Shown: piece by piece, positions 36,493 to 47,121 of the stretch
Layout of the letters: every line of letters begins with the position of its first letter
Position numbering within the stretch: position 1 is the stretch's first letter
Assembly: GCA_963674755.2 (NCBI GenBank)
Contig: CAXXVS010000002.1
Coordinates: 2,336,001-2,400,000, forward strand
Length of the DNA: 64,000 bases
Reading direction: 5' to 3'
Source: Desulfobacterales bacterium
GTDB lineage: Bacteria > Desulfobacterota > Desulfobacteria > Desulfobacterales > UBA5852
The notes under the pieces: generated by a model
The model's input: only the letters and a program-made list of their open reading frames with translations
Databases searched by the model: none
What the model was told of the DNA's origin: nothing
Position numbers and translations under genes: made by a program

Positions 36493-39400
36493 TTATGCCA
36501 ACAGGTTTTCCAGGGATTCCTTCAGGGCCCGCATGCCGTGGCGGATGGCGTCGCGCGACGGGGCCGGGCCCCGCAGCCAGGCCCAGATCCCCTTCTGCGC
36601 GGGAACCGTCGCGGCGGGGATCAGCTTGCGCAGGACGATGCGGCGGCGCCCGGCATAGATGCAGATCGAGGGGACCAGGGGAAACAGGCGCGCGGTTCTG
36701 ACCCGGGTAATCTCGTCTTTGGCCAAAAAGTAGCGTTCCACCGGCGTTCCCACGGAAACGCCCTCCGGGGTGATGTCGACCCAGTAGCCTTCGCGGCTGC
36801 GTTTGGCCATGAAGAAAATCAGGCCGATCCAGGTGGGGATCAACAGCAGGGCCAGCACCCCCAGGGCTTCCAGTGCCGCGCCGATGTAAAAGACGCTCGC
36901 CTCGATGACCAGCTTGAGTACCGAGGGCGCCTGCAGGGCGGCACCGGCCAAGCGGGCCGTAAAGGCCGGCGCCAGGGCCTGGAGCCCGGCCGCCAGCGCC
37001 AGGACCTGAACCACAGCGATCAGCAGCAGGGCCAGGCGTGCGTACCGGCGTCGGGAAAAGAAAAAGGCCTCCCCGCGGGGGGCGTCTTTCCAGCGCGGCC
37101 CCCGAAAGGCCGAAATGACATAGTAGCGCACCCCCTCGAAGAGGGCGTACATGACCGGCACCACCACCAGGGTCAGCAGCGTGGCGAAGCAGATGCCGAA
37201 GATGATCACCACCCCCAGGCCTTCCCACAATTCGTCGGTGATGGTCAGGGTGAGGATGCCCCCCACCGTGGAAATGGTGGTCGAGATGATCGGCCGCAGG
37301 CGCTGCTGGCCGCCGGCGATGATGGCCTCGAACATGTTCAGGCCGTCTTGACGCATGCGGTTGATGCAATCCACCAGCACGATGGAGTCGTTGACCACGA
37401 TGCCGCTCAGCCCCACCAGGCCGATGAAGCTCATGATCGAAAAGTTGTTGCCCGTGACGTAGAGGCCCACCATGGCGCCGACGATGGACAACGGCAGGGC
37501 CGTCAGGATGGCAAAGGGTTGGGCGATGGAGTTGAACTGGGACACCAGCAGGGTGAAGATCAGCAGGGCCGCCACGATATAGGCCAGCCGGAGGGATCCG
37601 AAGGACTCGGCCGTCTCCTCGTACTCCCCGGAAAAATCGAAGTTGTAGCCGGCGGGCAAGTCGACCCGGTCGAGGGCTTTCACCAGCTCCTGGGTGATAT
37701 CCACGGCGGAGCGCCCCCGGTTGTTGGCGGAAATGCGCACGATGCGGCGCCGGTCCGAATGGCGGATGCTGTTCAACCCCTCCCCCTGGTAATAGCGCGC
37801 AATGGTGGTGAGGGGCACCAGCTCGCCCGAATCGGAGCGGATTTTGACCTTTTCGAGCATGCGCGGGCTAGTGCGTGCTTCCGGGGCAAAACGCAGTCGC
37901 AGATCGTATTCCTTGGACACGTCCCGCTCGTCCCGGAATTGACGGATTTCCAGGCCGGCCGTGGCGCCCCGCAGGGTAGTGGCCACGTACTCCAGGGGGA
38001 TGCCCATGGCCGCGGCCCGCTGGCGGTCGATCTCCACCCGCAGTTCCGGGGCGGCATCGCTGAAATCATCCTTGATGTCCACGACGCCCTCCTGGTCTTC
38101 CATGATCGCGCGCACCCGGGCCGTAAGGCCGCGCAGCACATCCAGGTCGGGGCCCACGATTTTGAGCAGAATAGGCGCCGCCGTGGGCGGACCCCACTGG
38201 ATGGCGCGAAAACGGATATCGGCTCCGGGGATGGCCTGGAGGAAGGGCCGCAGGCGTTCCTGGATTTCCCGGTGCGACGCACGGGCAAACTCCTTGCCGT
38301 CCTGGAGTTCCACCGTGATCTCGGCGAAATTGCTGATCGTGCCCGTACCGACGGAGAATTCATAGGCGCTCTGGCCCTGTTGGCCCACCGTGGATACGGT
38401 CTGGACCATCTCCGGCACGTGCGCGGCCACGATGGCCTCCACCTTGCGGGCCACGGCGTCGGTCATGGCCACCTCGGTGCCCCGCGGCGTTTCCACCGTA
38501 ATGTAGATATAGTCAAAGTCCGCGTCGGGAAACATCTCCACCTTGACCATCCCTGCCGCCAGGAGCCCGAACGCGCCTCCCAGACAGAGAAAAATCATAA
38601 GAATCAACTGGAAGCGGTGGTTCAGGGCCCAGGTAACCCCGCGCACATAGAGCTTTTTGAGCTGCCGCAGATCGTCCTCCGGCCGCGCGATCTGCCCCTT
38701 CTTGACGGTGCGCTGCATGATCAAGCTCAGGATCAGGGGATTGGCCACCAGGGCCACCACCAGGGAAGCCCCCAGGGCGATGGAAACCGTCTTGGGCAGA
38801 AAGCCCATGTATTCGCCCGTCACCCCGGTCATGAGGAGCATGGGCAGGAAGGCGGCCATGGTGGTCAGGGTGGCCGAGACGACCGGCATGGCGATTTCGG
38901 CGGTGCCCTCGATCACGGCGGTGACGCGGTCCTTGCCCAGCTGGTAGTGGTGGTAGACGTTTTCCACCACGATAATGGCATTGTCCACAATCATGCCGAT
39001 GCACAGCACCAGGGAAAAGCGCACCATGTCGTTGTTGGACATGCCCAGGATCTTCAGGAACACGAAGGTCAGCAGGAGCGCAAGGGGGATCGAAAGGGCC
39101 GTGATGATGGCGTTGCGCAGCCCCATGGCGAAGTAGAGCACGACGACGACGATGATCAGGCCGAAGACCGCCGAGTTGTTCATCTGATCGAAGCCCTGCT
39201 TGATGAACTTGGCCTTTTCCGCTGTCACCGTGGCGTACACCCCGGCCGGAAAGGTCTTTTCCAGCTCGGCCAGCTTGGCCGCGACCTTGCGGGAGGTTTC
39301 GAGGATATTGGCGCCGGCCCGCTTCTTGATGGCGATGGAGACCGAAGAGACCCCGTTGACCCGGGAATGGGTGATATCTTCCGAATGCCCGTCCACCACC

Positions 39401-40176
39401 CGGGCCACATCTCCCAGGAAGACCACCCGGTCCCCCTGCCGGATCAGCGGGACCTTATTGTAGTCGTCGACATTCTTGATTTCGGTGAGGGTCCGCAGCA
39501 GCAGGCGGCGGCCTTCCACGTTCACCTGGCCCCCGGGGATATTGATGTCCGAGCGCTGGACGGCCTGGTAGACGTCCAGAAGGGTCAAACCGTACTGGCT
39601 CAGGCGTTCCGGGTCCACAAAGATCTGGATCTCGCGGATCAGGCCGCCGGCCACGTCCGCGGCCAGGACCTCGGGCATCAGCTCGATCTCGTCGGCCACG
39701 TCTTCGGTCAGCCGCCGCAGTTTGATCGGATCGATATCGCCCACCACCGAAGCGATCATGATGGGAATGTCGGAGAAGCTGACCTCGTTGACCTCCGGGT
39801 CTTCGGCGTCTTCGGGGAGGTCCTTGCGGGCGTCGGTCACCTTTTCGCGCACCTTCTGCAGGGAGCGCTCCAGATCGGCCTCGGCCTGGAAATCGATGAC
39901 CACCACCGAGACCCCCTCGGCCGAACTCGAGCGCATCTCATCCACATCCTTGAGATCGCTCAGCTCCTCCTCGATGGGGTTGGTCACCAGGCTTTCGATT
40001 TCGCTGGGGGAGGCCCCGGGATAGAGGGTGACCACAATGGCCACCGGCGCGGAGATTTCCGGCTCCCCTTCCTTGGGCAGGGACTGGTAGGCGAAAACCC
40101 CCGCCACAATGGGCAGGAAGATGACCAGCAGGCTAAAAATCAGGCGGTGGTCGATGATATAGCGGAAGAATTTCAA
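36493..40176 (-). CDS. RND efflux permease (AcrB family) with long C-terminal extension
   Basis: YPGASP, GMIVDNAIIVVEN, GIVVNDSIVLVD, RLRPIISTT. Confidence 0.92.
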   Translation of the reverse strand: MKFFRYIIDHRLIFSLLVIFLPIVAGVFAYQSLPKEGEPEISAPVAIVVTLYPGASPSEIESLVTNPIEEELSDLKDVDEMRSSSAEGVSVVVIDFQAEADLERSLQKVREKVTDARKDLPEDAEDPEVNEVSFSDIPIMIASVVGDIDPIKLRRLTEDVADEIELMPEVLAADVAGGLIREIQIFVDPERLSQYGLTLLDVYQAVQRSDINIPGGQVNVEGRRLLLRTLTEIKNVDDYNKVPLIRQGDRVVFLGDVARVVDGHSEDITHSRVNGVSSVSIAIKKRAGANILETSRKVAAKLAELEKTFPAGVYATVTAEKAKFIKQGFDQMNNSAVFGLIIVVVVLYFAMGLRNAIITALSIPLALLLTFVFLKILGMSNNDMVRFSLVLCIGMIVDNAIIVVENVYHHYQLGKDRVTAVIEGTAEIAMPVVSATLTTMAAFLPMLLMTGVTGEYMGFLPKTVSIALGASLVVALVANPLILSLIMQRTVKKGQIARPEDDLRQLKKLYVRGVTWALNHRFQLILMIFLCLGGAFGLLAAGMVKVEMFPDADFDYIYITVETPRGTEVAMTDAVARKVEAIVAAHVPEMVQTVSTVGQQGQSAYEFSVGTGTISNFAEITVELQDGKEFARASHREIQERLRPFLQAIPGADIRFRAIQWGPPTAAPILLKIVGPDLDVLRGLTARVRAIMEDQEGVVDIKDDFSDAAPELRVEIDRQRAAAMGIPLEYVATTLRGATAGLEIRQFRDERDVSKEYDLRLRFAPEARTSPRMLEKVKIRSDSGELVPLTTIARYYQGEGLNSIRHSDRRRIVRISANNRGRSAVDITQELVKALDRVDLPAGYNFDFSGEYEETAESFGSLRLAYIVAALLIFTLLVSQFNSIAQPFAILTALPLSIVGAMVGLYVTGNNFSIMSFIGLVGLSGIVVNDSIVLVDCINRMRQDGLNMFEAIIAGGQQRLRPIISTTISTVGGILTLTITDELWEGLGVVIIFGICFATLLTLVVVPVMYALFEGVRYYVISAFRGPRWKDAPRGEAFFFSRRRYARLALLLIAVVQVLALAAGLQALAPAFTARLAGAALQAPSVLKLVIEASVFYIGAALEALGVLALLLIPTWIGLIFFMAKRSREGYWVDITPEGVSVGTPVERYFLAKDEITRVRTARLFPLVPSICIYAGRRRIVLRKLIPAATVPAQKGIWAWLRGPAPSRDAIRHGMRALKESLENLLA

Positions 40177-41258
40177 GAGCTGCTCGCCGCAATGGCGACG
40201 CGGTCGCCGTCCTTGAGATACTGGGCGCCGGTGATCACCAGCTTATCGCCCGGCGCCAGCCCTTCCAGAATCCTGACAGTCGATCCGTCCACCCGTCCCA
40301 GGGTCACTTCCCGGGCGTCGGCCTGATCCCCGCCGGTCACCACGAAGACTTCCCGGCGGTTCTCCCGGAACAGAACACAGTCCTGGGGGATCATGATGGC
40401 ATCCCGGATGGCATCCACGGTGATGCTCACCATGGCGGTCAAGCCAGCCTTGAGCAGCAGGTCCGGATTGGGCACCAGGATTTCGACTTCAAACGTATTG
40501 GTATGGGAATCCGCTTTGACACCGATCTTGTCCACCTGCCCGGCAAACGCCGTCTCGGGATAGGCCTCCACCCGCACGCGGACGGTATCCGCCCTGTCGA
40601 GATGCACGTAATCCTGTTCGTTGACGAAGATCTTCACGCGCATGCGGGCCATATCCGCAATGGCCATGACCGGGTCGCCGATATTGATATTCTGGCCGAT
40701 TTCCACCAATCGTTGGGCCACCAGGCCGTCAAAGGGAGCCCCGATGACGGTCTTTTCAAGACGACGCTGGTCGATGTCCACCATGATCTCCGCCTGGGAA
40801 ACCGCCGCCTGGGTGGCTTTGTATTCGGCTTCGACCTTGTCGTAGACTTCCGGGGTGATGACTTTCTGCGGCAGCAATTGCTCCGCGCGCTGGAAGGAAT
40901 TCCTGGCCGCGGCAAACCGCGCCCGGGCCGCTTGCAGGTTGGCCCGGGCCTCGTCCAGGGATAATCGATAGTCGATGGGATCCAGCGTCACCACGGGCTG
41001 CCCGGCGGCCACGGCATCGCCTGTGTCCACCCCATAGGACTGTACGATGCCGGACACCTGGGACGACAGCACCACCTCGCGGTTGGAAACCAGGCGGCCC
41101 ACCGCCCGGACCACGATCGGCAAATCGCGGCGCGCGACCACCAGGATGTTGACCGGCCGCGGCTTGGCCTCGGCCGCCTTCTCCTCCTGGGGCGGGCGGC
41201 ATCCCGGCCACGTCAACAGGCCGGCCAGCAGGCCCAGCAAAATCAGCTTTGTTTTCAT
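40173..41258 (-). CDS. RND periplasmic adaptor (MFP), lipoprotein
   Basis: Lipobox-like WPGC, APFDG, GLAPGDKLV. Confidence 0.92.
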   Translation of the reverse strand: MKTKLILLGLLAGLLTWPGCRPPQEEKAAEAKPRPVNILVVARRDLPIVVRAVGRLVSNREVVLSSQVSGIVQSYGVDTGDAVAAGQPVVTLDPIDYRLSLDEARANLQAARARFAAARNSFQRAEQLLPQKVITPEVYDKVEAEYKATQAAVSQAEIMVDIDQRRLEKTVIGAPFDGLVAQRLVEIGQNINIGDPVMAIADMARMRVKIFVNEQDYVHLDRADTVRVRVEAYPETAFAGQVDKIGVKADSHTNTFEVEILVPNPDLLLKAGLTAMVSITVDAIRDAIMIPQDCVLFRENRREVFVVTGGDQADAREVTLGRVDGSTVRILEGLAPGDKLVITGAQYLKDGDRVAIAASSS

Positions 41259-41396
41259 AGGATGTCGATCGCCTCCCGCCCCATCCCTCTCGCCATCATT
41301 ACAGTTGCGTCACATGCCAACCCATCCGGGGCTATTCACAGGTGCCTCCTAATTAGTCGGCACAGCCCGCAAGAGTCAAGCGTCAAGAATCGAATC

Positions 41397-41570
41397 AGTG
41401 CCCGTCCATAAATGGTAGCGTTTGGTTTATGGCAAGGCCCGAGCGCGTTTTCCCGCCTGATCTATTCCCAACGGAGGGTGCCAACCGGAGGAATAGCGAT
41501 CTGTTTTGAGGATTGAAAACAAGCCAGAACGCCGCCAGGGGCCGAAAGATGCCGTTTGTGGATGGGCCCT
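41397..41570. repeat. Palindromic MITE-like repeat, copy 3
   Basis: AGTGCCCGTCCATAAATGGTAG...AGAACGCCGCCAGGGGCCGAAAGATGCCGTTTGTGGATGGGCCCT. Confidence 0.82.
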
Positions 41571-42525
41571 AATTAAAATACATGATGCGGATATAGAGCG
41601 AAAGCGGGTAGTAGGCCAGGGTGGCGATCCCCAAGATGCGCCCGAAGGACTGCCGGGTGATCGCCACCAGGAAAAACAGGAAGGACAGGAGGGTTACATT
41701 CAGATAATCGTAGAGATTGCTCCTGTTGAAAAACACAGGCGCCTGGAAGGCCAGGATCGTCGTTCCCAACACAAGAAAAATATTGAAGATATTGCTGCCC
41801 AGGATGTTTCCCACGGCAATATCCGTCTGTTTTTTGAGAACCGCCACGATGCTGGCGGCGCAGTCCGGAATCGAGGTTCCCACCGCGATGATCGTCAGCC
41901 CGACGACGGATTCGGACAGCCCTAGTCGTTCCACAATCGTCATGGCGTTGCGGAAGATGATCTCCCCTCCGATGTAAAGCATGACCACCCCGAGCAAAAA
42001 AAAGCCCCACTCGCGCCGGCAGGATTCTTTATGACACTCTCCGGCAGATTCCGGGAGGCGATTGTTCTGGCGGCTCAATTCCTGTTTGGTCAGGTAAAGG
42101 TAGACCGCAAAGCCCGTCAGCAGCAACAGGCCATGGGGCCATGTCAGGACGTTGCGGCCGGAAGCCCAAATGAACACCACGATCAGGAGGGGGCCTGTAA
42201 AGAGAAACCCCAGGTCCTTGGCAAATTTAGCCCGTTTGATGGGAAGGGTCGCCAGGATGGCGCTCACGGCGATGCCAATGCAGAGATTGATCAGGTTACT
42301 GCCGGATACATTGCTCAGGGCAAACTCGGCATTGCCGTGCAAAGCGGATATGAGGTTGAAAAACAGCTCCGGAGCACTGGTGCCGAACGCCACCAGGGTG
42401 ATGCCGACGATGAAGGGCGGTACATGCTTCTTCCGGGCGATGCCGGCCGCACCCGTTACCAGAAAATCACCGCCTTTGAATAGCAGGGCGAATCCGACCG
42501 CGATCAGCAGAATAACAATCAGCAC
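41569..42525 (-). CDS. Ca2+/Na+ antiporter (YrbG family)
   Basis: GTSAPEL and GTSIPD alpha-repeats, GNILGSNIFN; GTG start after GAGGA. Confidence 0.9.
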   Translation of the reverse strand: MLIVILLIAVGFALLFKGGDFLVTGAAGIARKKHVPPFIVGITLVAFGTSAPELFFNLISALHGNAEFALSNVSGSNLINLCIGIAVSAILATLPIKRAKFAKDLGFLFTGPLLIVVFIWASGRNVLTWPHGLLLLTGFAVYLYLTKQELSRQNNRLPESAGECHKESCRREWGFFLLGVVMLYIGGEIIFRNAMTIVERLGLSESVVGLTIIAVGTSIPDCAASIVAVLKKQTDIAVGNILGSNIFNIFLVLGTTILAFQAPVFFNRSNLYDYLNVTLLSFLFFLVAITRQSFGRILGIATLAYYPLSLYIRIMYFN

Positions 42526-42744
42526 AACAGTCCTCTGGCAGCTATCGATATTATCCGGCCGGCCGGGGATCGGCCGGAGGAAATGCAACCTATCGGGTTT
42601 CTATCCGGGATGTAAACAAAAATCGGCCGGCATGCCCTTTAACGATTTTTCAACCCCGCTGAATTGCACGGAAAAGGGGTTGACAGGGTCAATTGCCGCA
42701 ACATAAAGATAGGCTAAAATTTAGTTAATAGGGTTCAACCTACT

Positions 42745-42764
42745 AAATGAATATTGATTCATTT
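42745..42764. promoter_or_regulatory. Palindromic operator candidate upstream of acyl-CoA ligase
   Basis: AAATGAAT-ATTG-ATTCATTT; TTGACA at 42680-42685. Confidence 0.55.
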
Positions 42765-42915
42765 CTAGCACTTCAGCACCCACCCTGTCGGCAGGCCGGC
42801 GTTGGCCCGACCCGCCGACCAGCGTCCCTCGCACAGGGATCGCATCCCGCCGCCGCAGGAACGCCAACGCACCGCAACCAACACCTTTTAAAGGTCAACC
42901 GTTCAAGGAGGTATC

Positions 42916-44559
42916 ATGCCAGCCCGACTGATTGAGAAAACCCCCTCGGCCTATACGTATCCCCTTCTGATCAAAAACATCCTCCGCACGCCCTTGCAGT
43001 ATGCCCCCGATCAGGAAATCGTTTATCGTGACCAGATGCGCTACACCTATCGCGATCTCGAGCGGCGCATTCACAAACTGGCCAACATGCTGGCGGCTGC
43101 GGGCGTCAAACCCGGCGACACTGTCGCCGTCATGGACTGGGACAGCCACCGCTACCTGGAATGCTTTTTCGCGGTGCCCATGATGGGCGCTATTTTGCAC
43201 ACCATCAATATCCGCCTCTCGCCGGATCAACTGCTCTACACCATCAACCACGCCGAAGACGACGTGATTCTGGTGTACTCGGAATTTCTTCCCATGCTGG
43301 AAGCCGTCAAGGATCAGATCAAGACCGTGCGCCAATACATTTTGTTGAGCGACGGCGATCAGCCGGAAACGTCTCTCCCCCTGGCGGGCGAATACGAGGC
43401 GCTCCTGGCCGAAGCCGACGAGCACTACGACTTTCCGGATCTGGACGAAAACACCATGGCCACGACCTTCTACACCACCGGCACCACCGGCCTGCCCAAG
43501 GGGGTCTTCTACAGCCACCGCCAGCTAGTGCTGCACACCTACGGACTGATGTCCGGCTTCTGCATCTACCGTTCCCAGATCAGCATCGATTCCGGGGATG
43601 TCTACATGCCCATCACCCCCATGTTCCATGTCCATGCCTGGGGCGTGCCCTATCTCTGCACCATGATCGGCATCAAACAGGTCTATCCGGGACGCTACGA
43701 GCCTGAGATGCTTCTGAAGCTCCTGCTGACCGAAAAGGTCACCTTCTCCCACTGCGTGCCGACCATCCTGCACATGCTGGTCAGCAACCCGGCCGTCAAA
43801 AACTTCGATCTATCAAACTGGAAGGTCATCATCGGCGGATCGGCCCTGTCCAAGGGGCTTTGCAAGGCCTCCCTGGAATTGGGCATCAACGTGACCTCGG
43901 CCTACGGCATGTCCGAAACCTGCCCTATCCTGACCGCCGCCAACTTGAAGCCCCACATGCTGGACTGGGACAACGATCGTCAGGTCAACATCCGCTGCAA
44001 AACAGGCCTGCCGGTACCCAACGTCCTCCTGGAGGTGTTCGACCCCTACGGTAAGCCGCTGCCCCACGACGGCCAGTCCGCCGGTGAAGTGGTGGTGCGC
44101 ACCCCCTGGCTTACCCAGGGCTATGTCAAAGATCCCGAAAAGAGTGAAGACCTTTGGAAAGACGGCTGGCTGCATACCGGGGACGTGGGCATCATCGACG
44201 AAGAAGGCTACCTCCAGATCACCGACCGCATGAAGGACGTCATTAAAACCGGCGGGGAATGGATTTCGTCCCTGGAGCTGGAAGACATTATCAGCCAGCA
44301 CGAGGCGGTCAGCGAAGCGGCCGTCATCGGCGTGGCCGACGACAAGTGGGGCGAACGCCCGTTGACCCTGGTGGTGCTGAAGCCCGATTTCAAGGACAAG
44401 GTCACGGAGGAGGATCTCAAACAGTTTTTCATGGGGTTCGTCGAAAACGGCACCATTCCGAAATACGGCGTTCCCGACAAGGTCATCATTACCGATCAGA
44501 TTGCCAAGACGAGCGTCGGCAAGATCAACAAGAAAGAGCTGCGCACCCAGTACAAATAG
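42916..44559 (+). CDS. Fatty-acid/acyl-CoA ligase (AlkK/DmdB-like)
   Basis: YTTGTTGLPKG, PMFHVHAWG, YGMSET, HTGD, KTGGEWISS, KTSVGK. Confidence 0.93.
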   Translation: MPARLIEKTPSAYTYPLLIKNILRTPLQYAPDQEIVYRDQMRYTYRDLERRIHKLANMLAAAGVKPGDTVAVMDWDSHRYLECFFAVPMMGAILHTINIRLSPDQLLYTINHAEDDVILVYSEFLPMLEAVKDQIKTVRQYILLSDGDQPETSLPLAGEYEALLAEADEHYDFPDLDENTMATTFYTTGTTGLPKGVFYSHRQLVLHTYGLMSGFCIYRSQISIDSGDVYMPITPMFHVHAWGVPYLCTMIGIKQVYPGRYEPEMLLKLLLTEKVTFSHCVPTILHMLVSNPAVKNFDLSNWKVIIGGSALSKGLCKASLELGINVTSAYGMSETCPILTAANLKPHMLDWDNDRQVNIRCKTGLPVPNVLLEVFDPYGKPLPHDGQSAGEVVVRTPWLTQGYVKDPEKSEDLWKDGWLHTGDVGIIDEEGYLQITDRMKDVIKTGGEWISSLELEDIISQHEAVSEAAVIGVADDKWGERPLTLVVLKPDFKDKVTEEDLKQFFMGFVENGTIPKYGVPDKVIITDQIAKTSVGKINKKELRTQYK

Positions 44560-44578
44560 GGTCCGCATTGAATCCTGG

Positions 44579-44612
44579 ACGGGGCGGTCGGCCTCCTGGC
44601 CGGCCGCCCCGC
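44579..44612. terminator. GC hairpin between convergent genes
   Basis: CGGGGCGGTCGGCC-TCCT-GGCCGGCCGCCCCG. Confidence 0.65.
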
Positions 44613-44634
44613 TGTGCTTTGCGATCGGAACCGT

Positions 44635-45621
44635 TTAGGGCCCGGTAATCGCTTTGGTCTGCAACCTTCTTCTTTGGTGGGTGCGCCAGCCCGCCCACAG
44701 CCGGTGGCAGTGAACCGTCACAAGGGCCGCCAGCAGCCGCGGCCCCCACAGCCATAGAGCGGGAATGCCCAATGCCAGGAAAATGGCCGGGTCTTCGATG
44801 AGGGCATGATTGATGCCGATGGATAGTTGCAGGTGTTCGATCTCCTCCTTGTGGAAATGGCCCTCCCGGGCTTCCTCCACAATCACGGCCGCCCCGTAGG
44901 TCAGTCCGAAAACGGCCGCCGTCAGCCAGAGCACACCCACCCGCGGGCTCAAGCCCATCAGCCATAGCACGGGTCGCAGCATCCTCGCCAGCAGGGGGAT
45001 GACGCGCAAGACCCGCAGCAACTCCATTACCACCATCATGGCCGAAATGATGGCAAAGATCTTCAGGCTGAGGATACCGGTATCCCAGATCCACGCCCTT
45101 AGCAGGACACCGAAGGGAGTGGCCGCCTGGGAAGGGGCCGCCATCGCCGGCGCCAGGGCGGCGCTCTCCGGCAGCAGGCGCGCCAGCACCAGCACGGTCG
45201 CCACGGAGGCGGCCAGCCGTGTGACGGTCGCCTTGAAAAAATTCAGGCCCGAGCGGGCCTGGACCACACCTTCCTGGATGAGGTTGTGGGAAATCAGCAG
45301 AAAAACGGCCACCAGAATGGTGGCCGTCAGATTCAGATCCAACACGGCCAGCGCCGCCACGGCGCCGTATATGCCCGCCAAAAGCCCGGCCAGCAGCGGC
45401 AGGGCCGCCTCCGGCGGCAGGCTGAGAAACCCCATGGCCGGCGCCAGCAGGAAATCCAGATGGCTCAGCAGGCCGCTGGCCTCGATGATAAACGTCAGAA
45501 AGGAGCACGGCAGCAGAATCTTGAGCATCCACACCGTGCCCCGCAGTCCTTTGGTTAAGCCTGCCCGCAGGGCCGGCAGAAGTGTTGCGCTATCCACGGT
45601 ATCGTTTCCTTCGTTTTCCAT
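44635..45621 (-). CDS. Gate/nucleoside-recognition domain membrane protein
   Basis: Many TMs, SHNLIQE, GLTYGAAVI, NHALIED. Confidence 0.75.
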   Translation of the reverse strand: MENEGNDTVDSATLLPALRAGLTKGLRGTVWMLKILLPCSFLTFIIEASGLLSHLDFLLAPAMGFLSLPPEAALPLLAGLLAGIYGAVAALAVLDLNLTATILVAVFLLISHNLIQEGVVQARSGLNFFKATVTRLAASVATVLVLARLLPESAALAPAMAAPSQAATPFGVLLRAWIWDTGILSLKIFAIISAMMVVMELLRVLRVIPLLARMLRPVLWLMGLSPRVGVLWLTAAVFGLTYGAAVIVEEAREGHFHKEEIEHLQLSIGINHALIEDPAIFLALGIPALWLWGPRLLAALVTVHCHRLWAGWRTHQRRRLQTKAITGP

Positions 45622-45623
45622 GC

Positions 45624-46907
45624 TCACCGCCAGCAGGCCATGCTGTCTTCGATCAACCCACCCAGTTTGCGTTTGAGAACCTGATAAGAGTAACATTTAC
45701 GCGCAATTTCATAGTTGCGATCCACCATCTCCCGGCGCAGTTGCGCATCGTCCAAAACCTTCCTGGCCTGCTGCACCGTATCATCGGTCACATAGCCGTC
45801 CATCTGGATGACGTGGAATCCCTTGGGTTGAATATCCATCTGATAGATGGAGTAGGTATTCACCAGGATGGGTTTCCGAAAATAGACCGCCTCCAGGAAC
45901 GCATTGCCGAACCCTTCGAAGTTGGAGGGATAGGTGATGAGATCGGCAAAGGGATAGATATCCTCCAGGGTGTAGATTTTGCGGCCGTCTTCCGTACGCC
46001 CCCGCTTCTCGTTGATGATCCGGGCCACAAAGCGCGTATCCACTTCCATCATACGCGAATAGGCCCGGACCCGTTGTTCGTAGTCGTGGCCCTCGTCGCC
46101 GGAAGCATGCGAGATCACCAGGGTGGCCTTGCGGTCCAGCCGGCGGACCAGCTCGATGGCGTGTTCGATGCCCTTGCGTTTGACCACCCGGGTGGGCTGG
46201 AGCACCAACAGGGTGTCGTCGTCGATCTCCAGGGCCTGCCGCACATCCCGGGCATAGGCGTCCGGCGGATCCGGCGGGTGTTCGAAATCCATCACGTTCG
46301 GTATGACCGTGGAAGAAATCCCGGTGCGCAACCCGAGCTGATTGTCCGCCGAGGAATTGATGACCACATGATGAATCGACGGCAGGTGGGGCGGGAAAGC
46401 CATGTTCAAGTATTCCCAGACGGCGTTGGTCAGGAAATGCTGCCGCTCCCAGAAGAAATCGTGGTGATGGGCGATGGTTGGAAGCGACGTTTCGGAAATC
46501 AGTTCCGTCAAAGCGATGCCCAGGGGCAAGTTGAGGGGAATGGTCAGCGCATTCTCGGGCACCAGCAGCTGAATGTCGAACTTCTCCACGAAACGGTAGA
46601 GCTGCTCCTTGAGCATCAAGGTGTAACGATGGATCTTTTCCGTTGTTTGAATACCGCGTTTGCGGACGCCGAAACACTCCTGGTAGATCGCCAGGATATC
46701 GGGATGACGGAAATGGGCTTGCGGAAAAAGAAAAGATCGCTCTTCGGGGGTTTCCAGTTCACCGCCAAAATAGTAGCAGTTGAAACCGGCGTCTTCGAAA
46801 ATCCGGGCCCACTTTTCCGTCTCCAGGGATACACCGTCGGTGCCCGCCAGGCGGGTGGCCACAAACCCCACATTGTGGATCTTGCCGCAGTGCAAGCAGC
46901 GCGCCAT
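45624..46907 (-). CDS. GT4 glycosyltransferase (mannosylglucosylglycerate-synthase-like)
   Basis: GTDGVSLE, HHHDFFWER, QPTRVVKRKGIE, YPSNFEGFGNAFLEA. Confidence 0.82.
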   Translation of the reverse strand: MARCLHCGKIHNVGFVATRLAGTDGVSLETEKWARIFEDAGFNCYYFGGELETPEERSFLFPQAHFRHPDILAIYQECFGVRKRGIQTTEKIHRYTLMLKEQLYRFVEKFDIQLLVPENALTIPLNLPLGIALTELISETSLPTIAHHHDFFWERQHFLTNAVWEYLNMAFPPHLPSIHHVVINSSADNQLGLRTGISSTVIPNVMDFEHPPDPPDAYARDVRQALEIDDDTLLVLQPTRVVKRKGIEHAIELVRRLDRKATLVISHASGDEGHDYEQRVRAYSRMMEVDTRFVARIINEKRGRTEDGRKIYTLEDIYPFADLITYPSNFEGFGNAFLEAVYFRKPILVNTYSIYQMDIQPKGFHVIQMDGYVTDDTVQQARKVLDDAQLRREMVDRNYEIARKCYSYQVLKRKLGGLIEDSMACWR

Positions 46908-47121
46908 CAGAAGACTCCTTTCCGTATTCCGCAGGATGTCCGCGGCAACGACCGGAAGGCCATCGGCGTGACCATGGCGCAAAATACCCGCGGGTCTTGT
47001 CCGATGGATAGTAGTGGCGCAGGGTCCCGGGATGGTCGCCGCATGGGAGCCACCTCGCGGGCCGGCCGCGAAGGGCGGCTCCCGCGCAGGTGAACGCCTC
47101 AGTTGCGCCGCAGGCTGCTTC

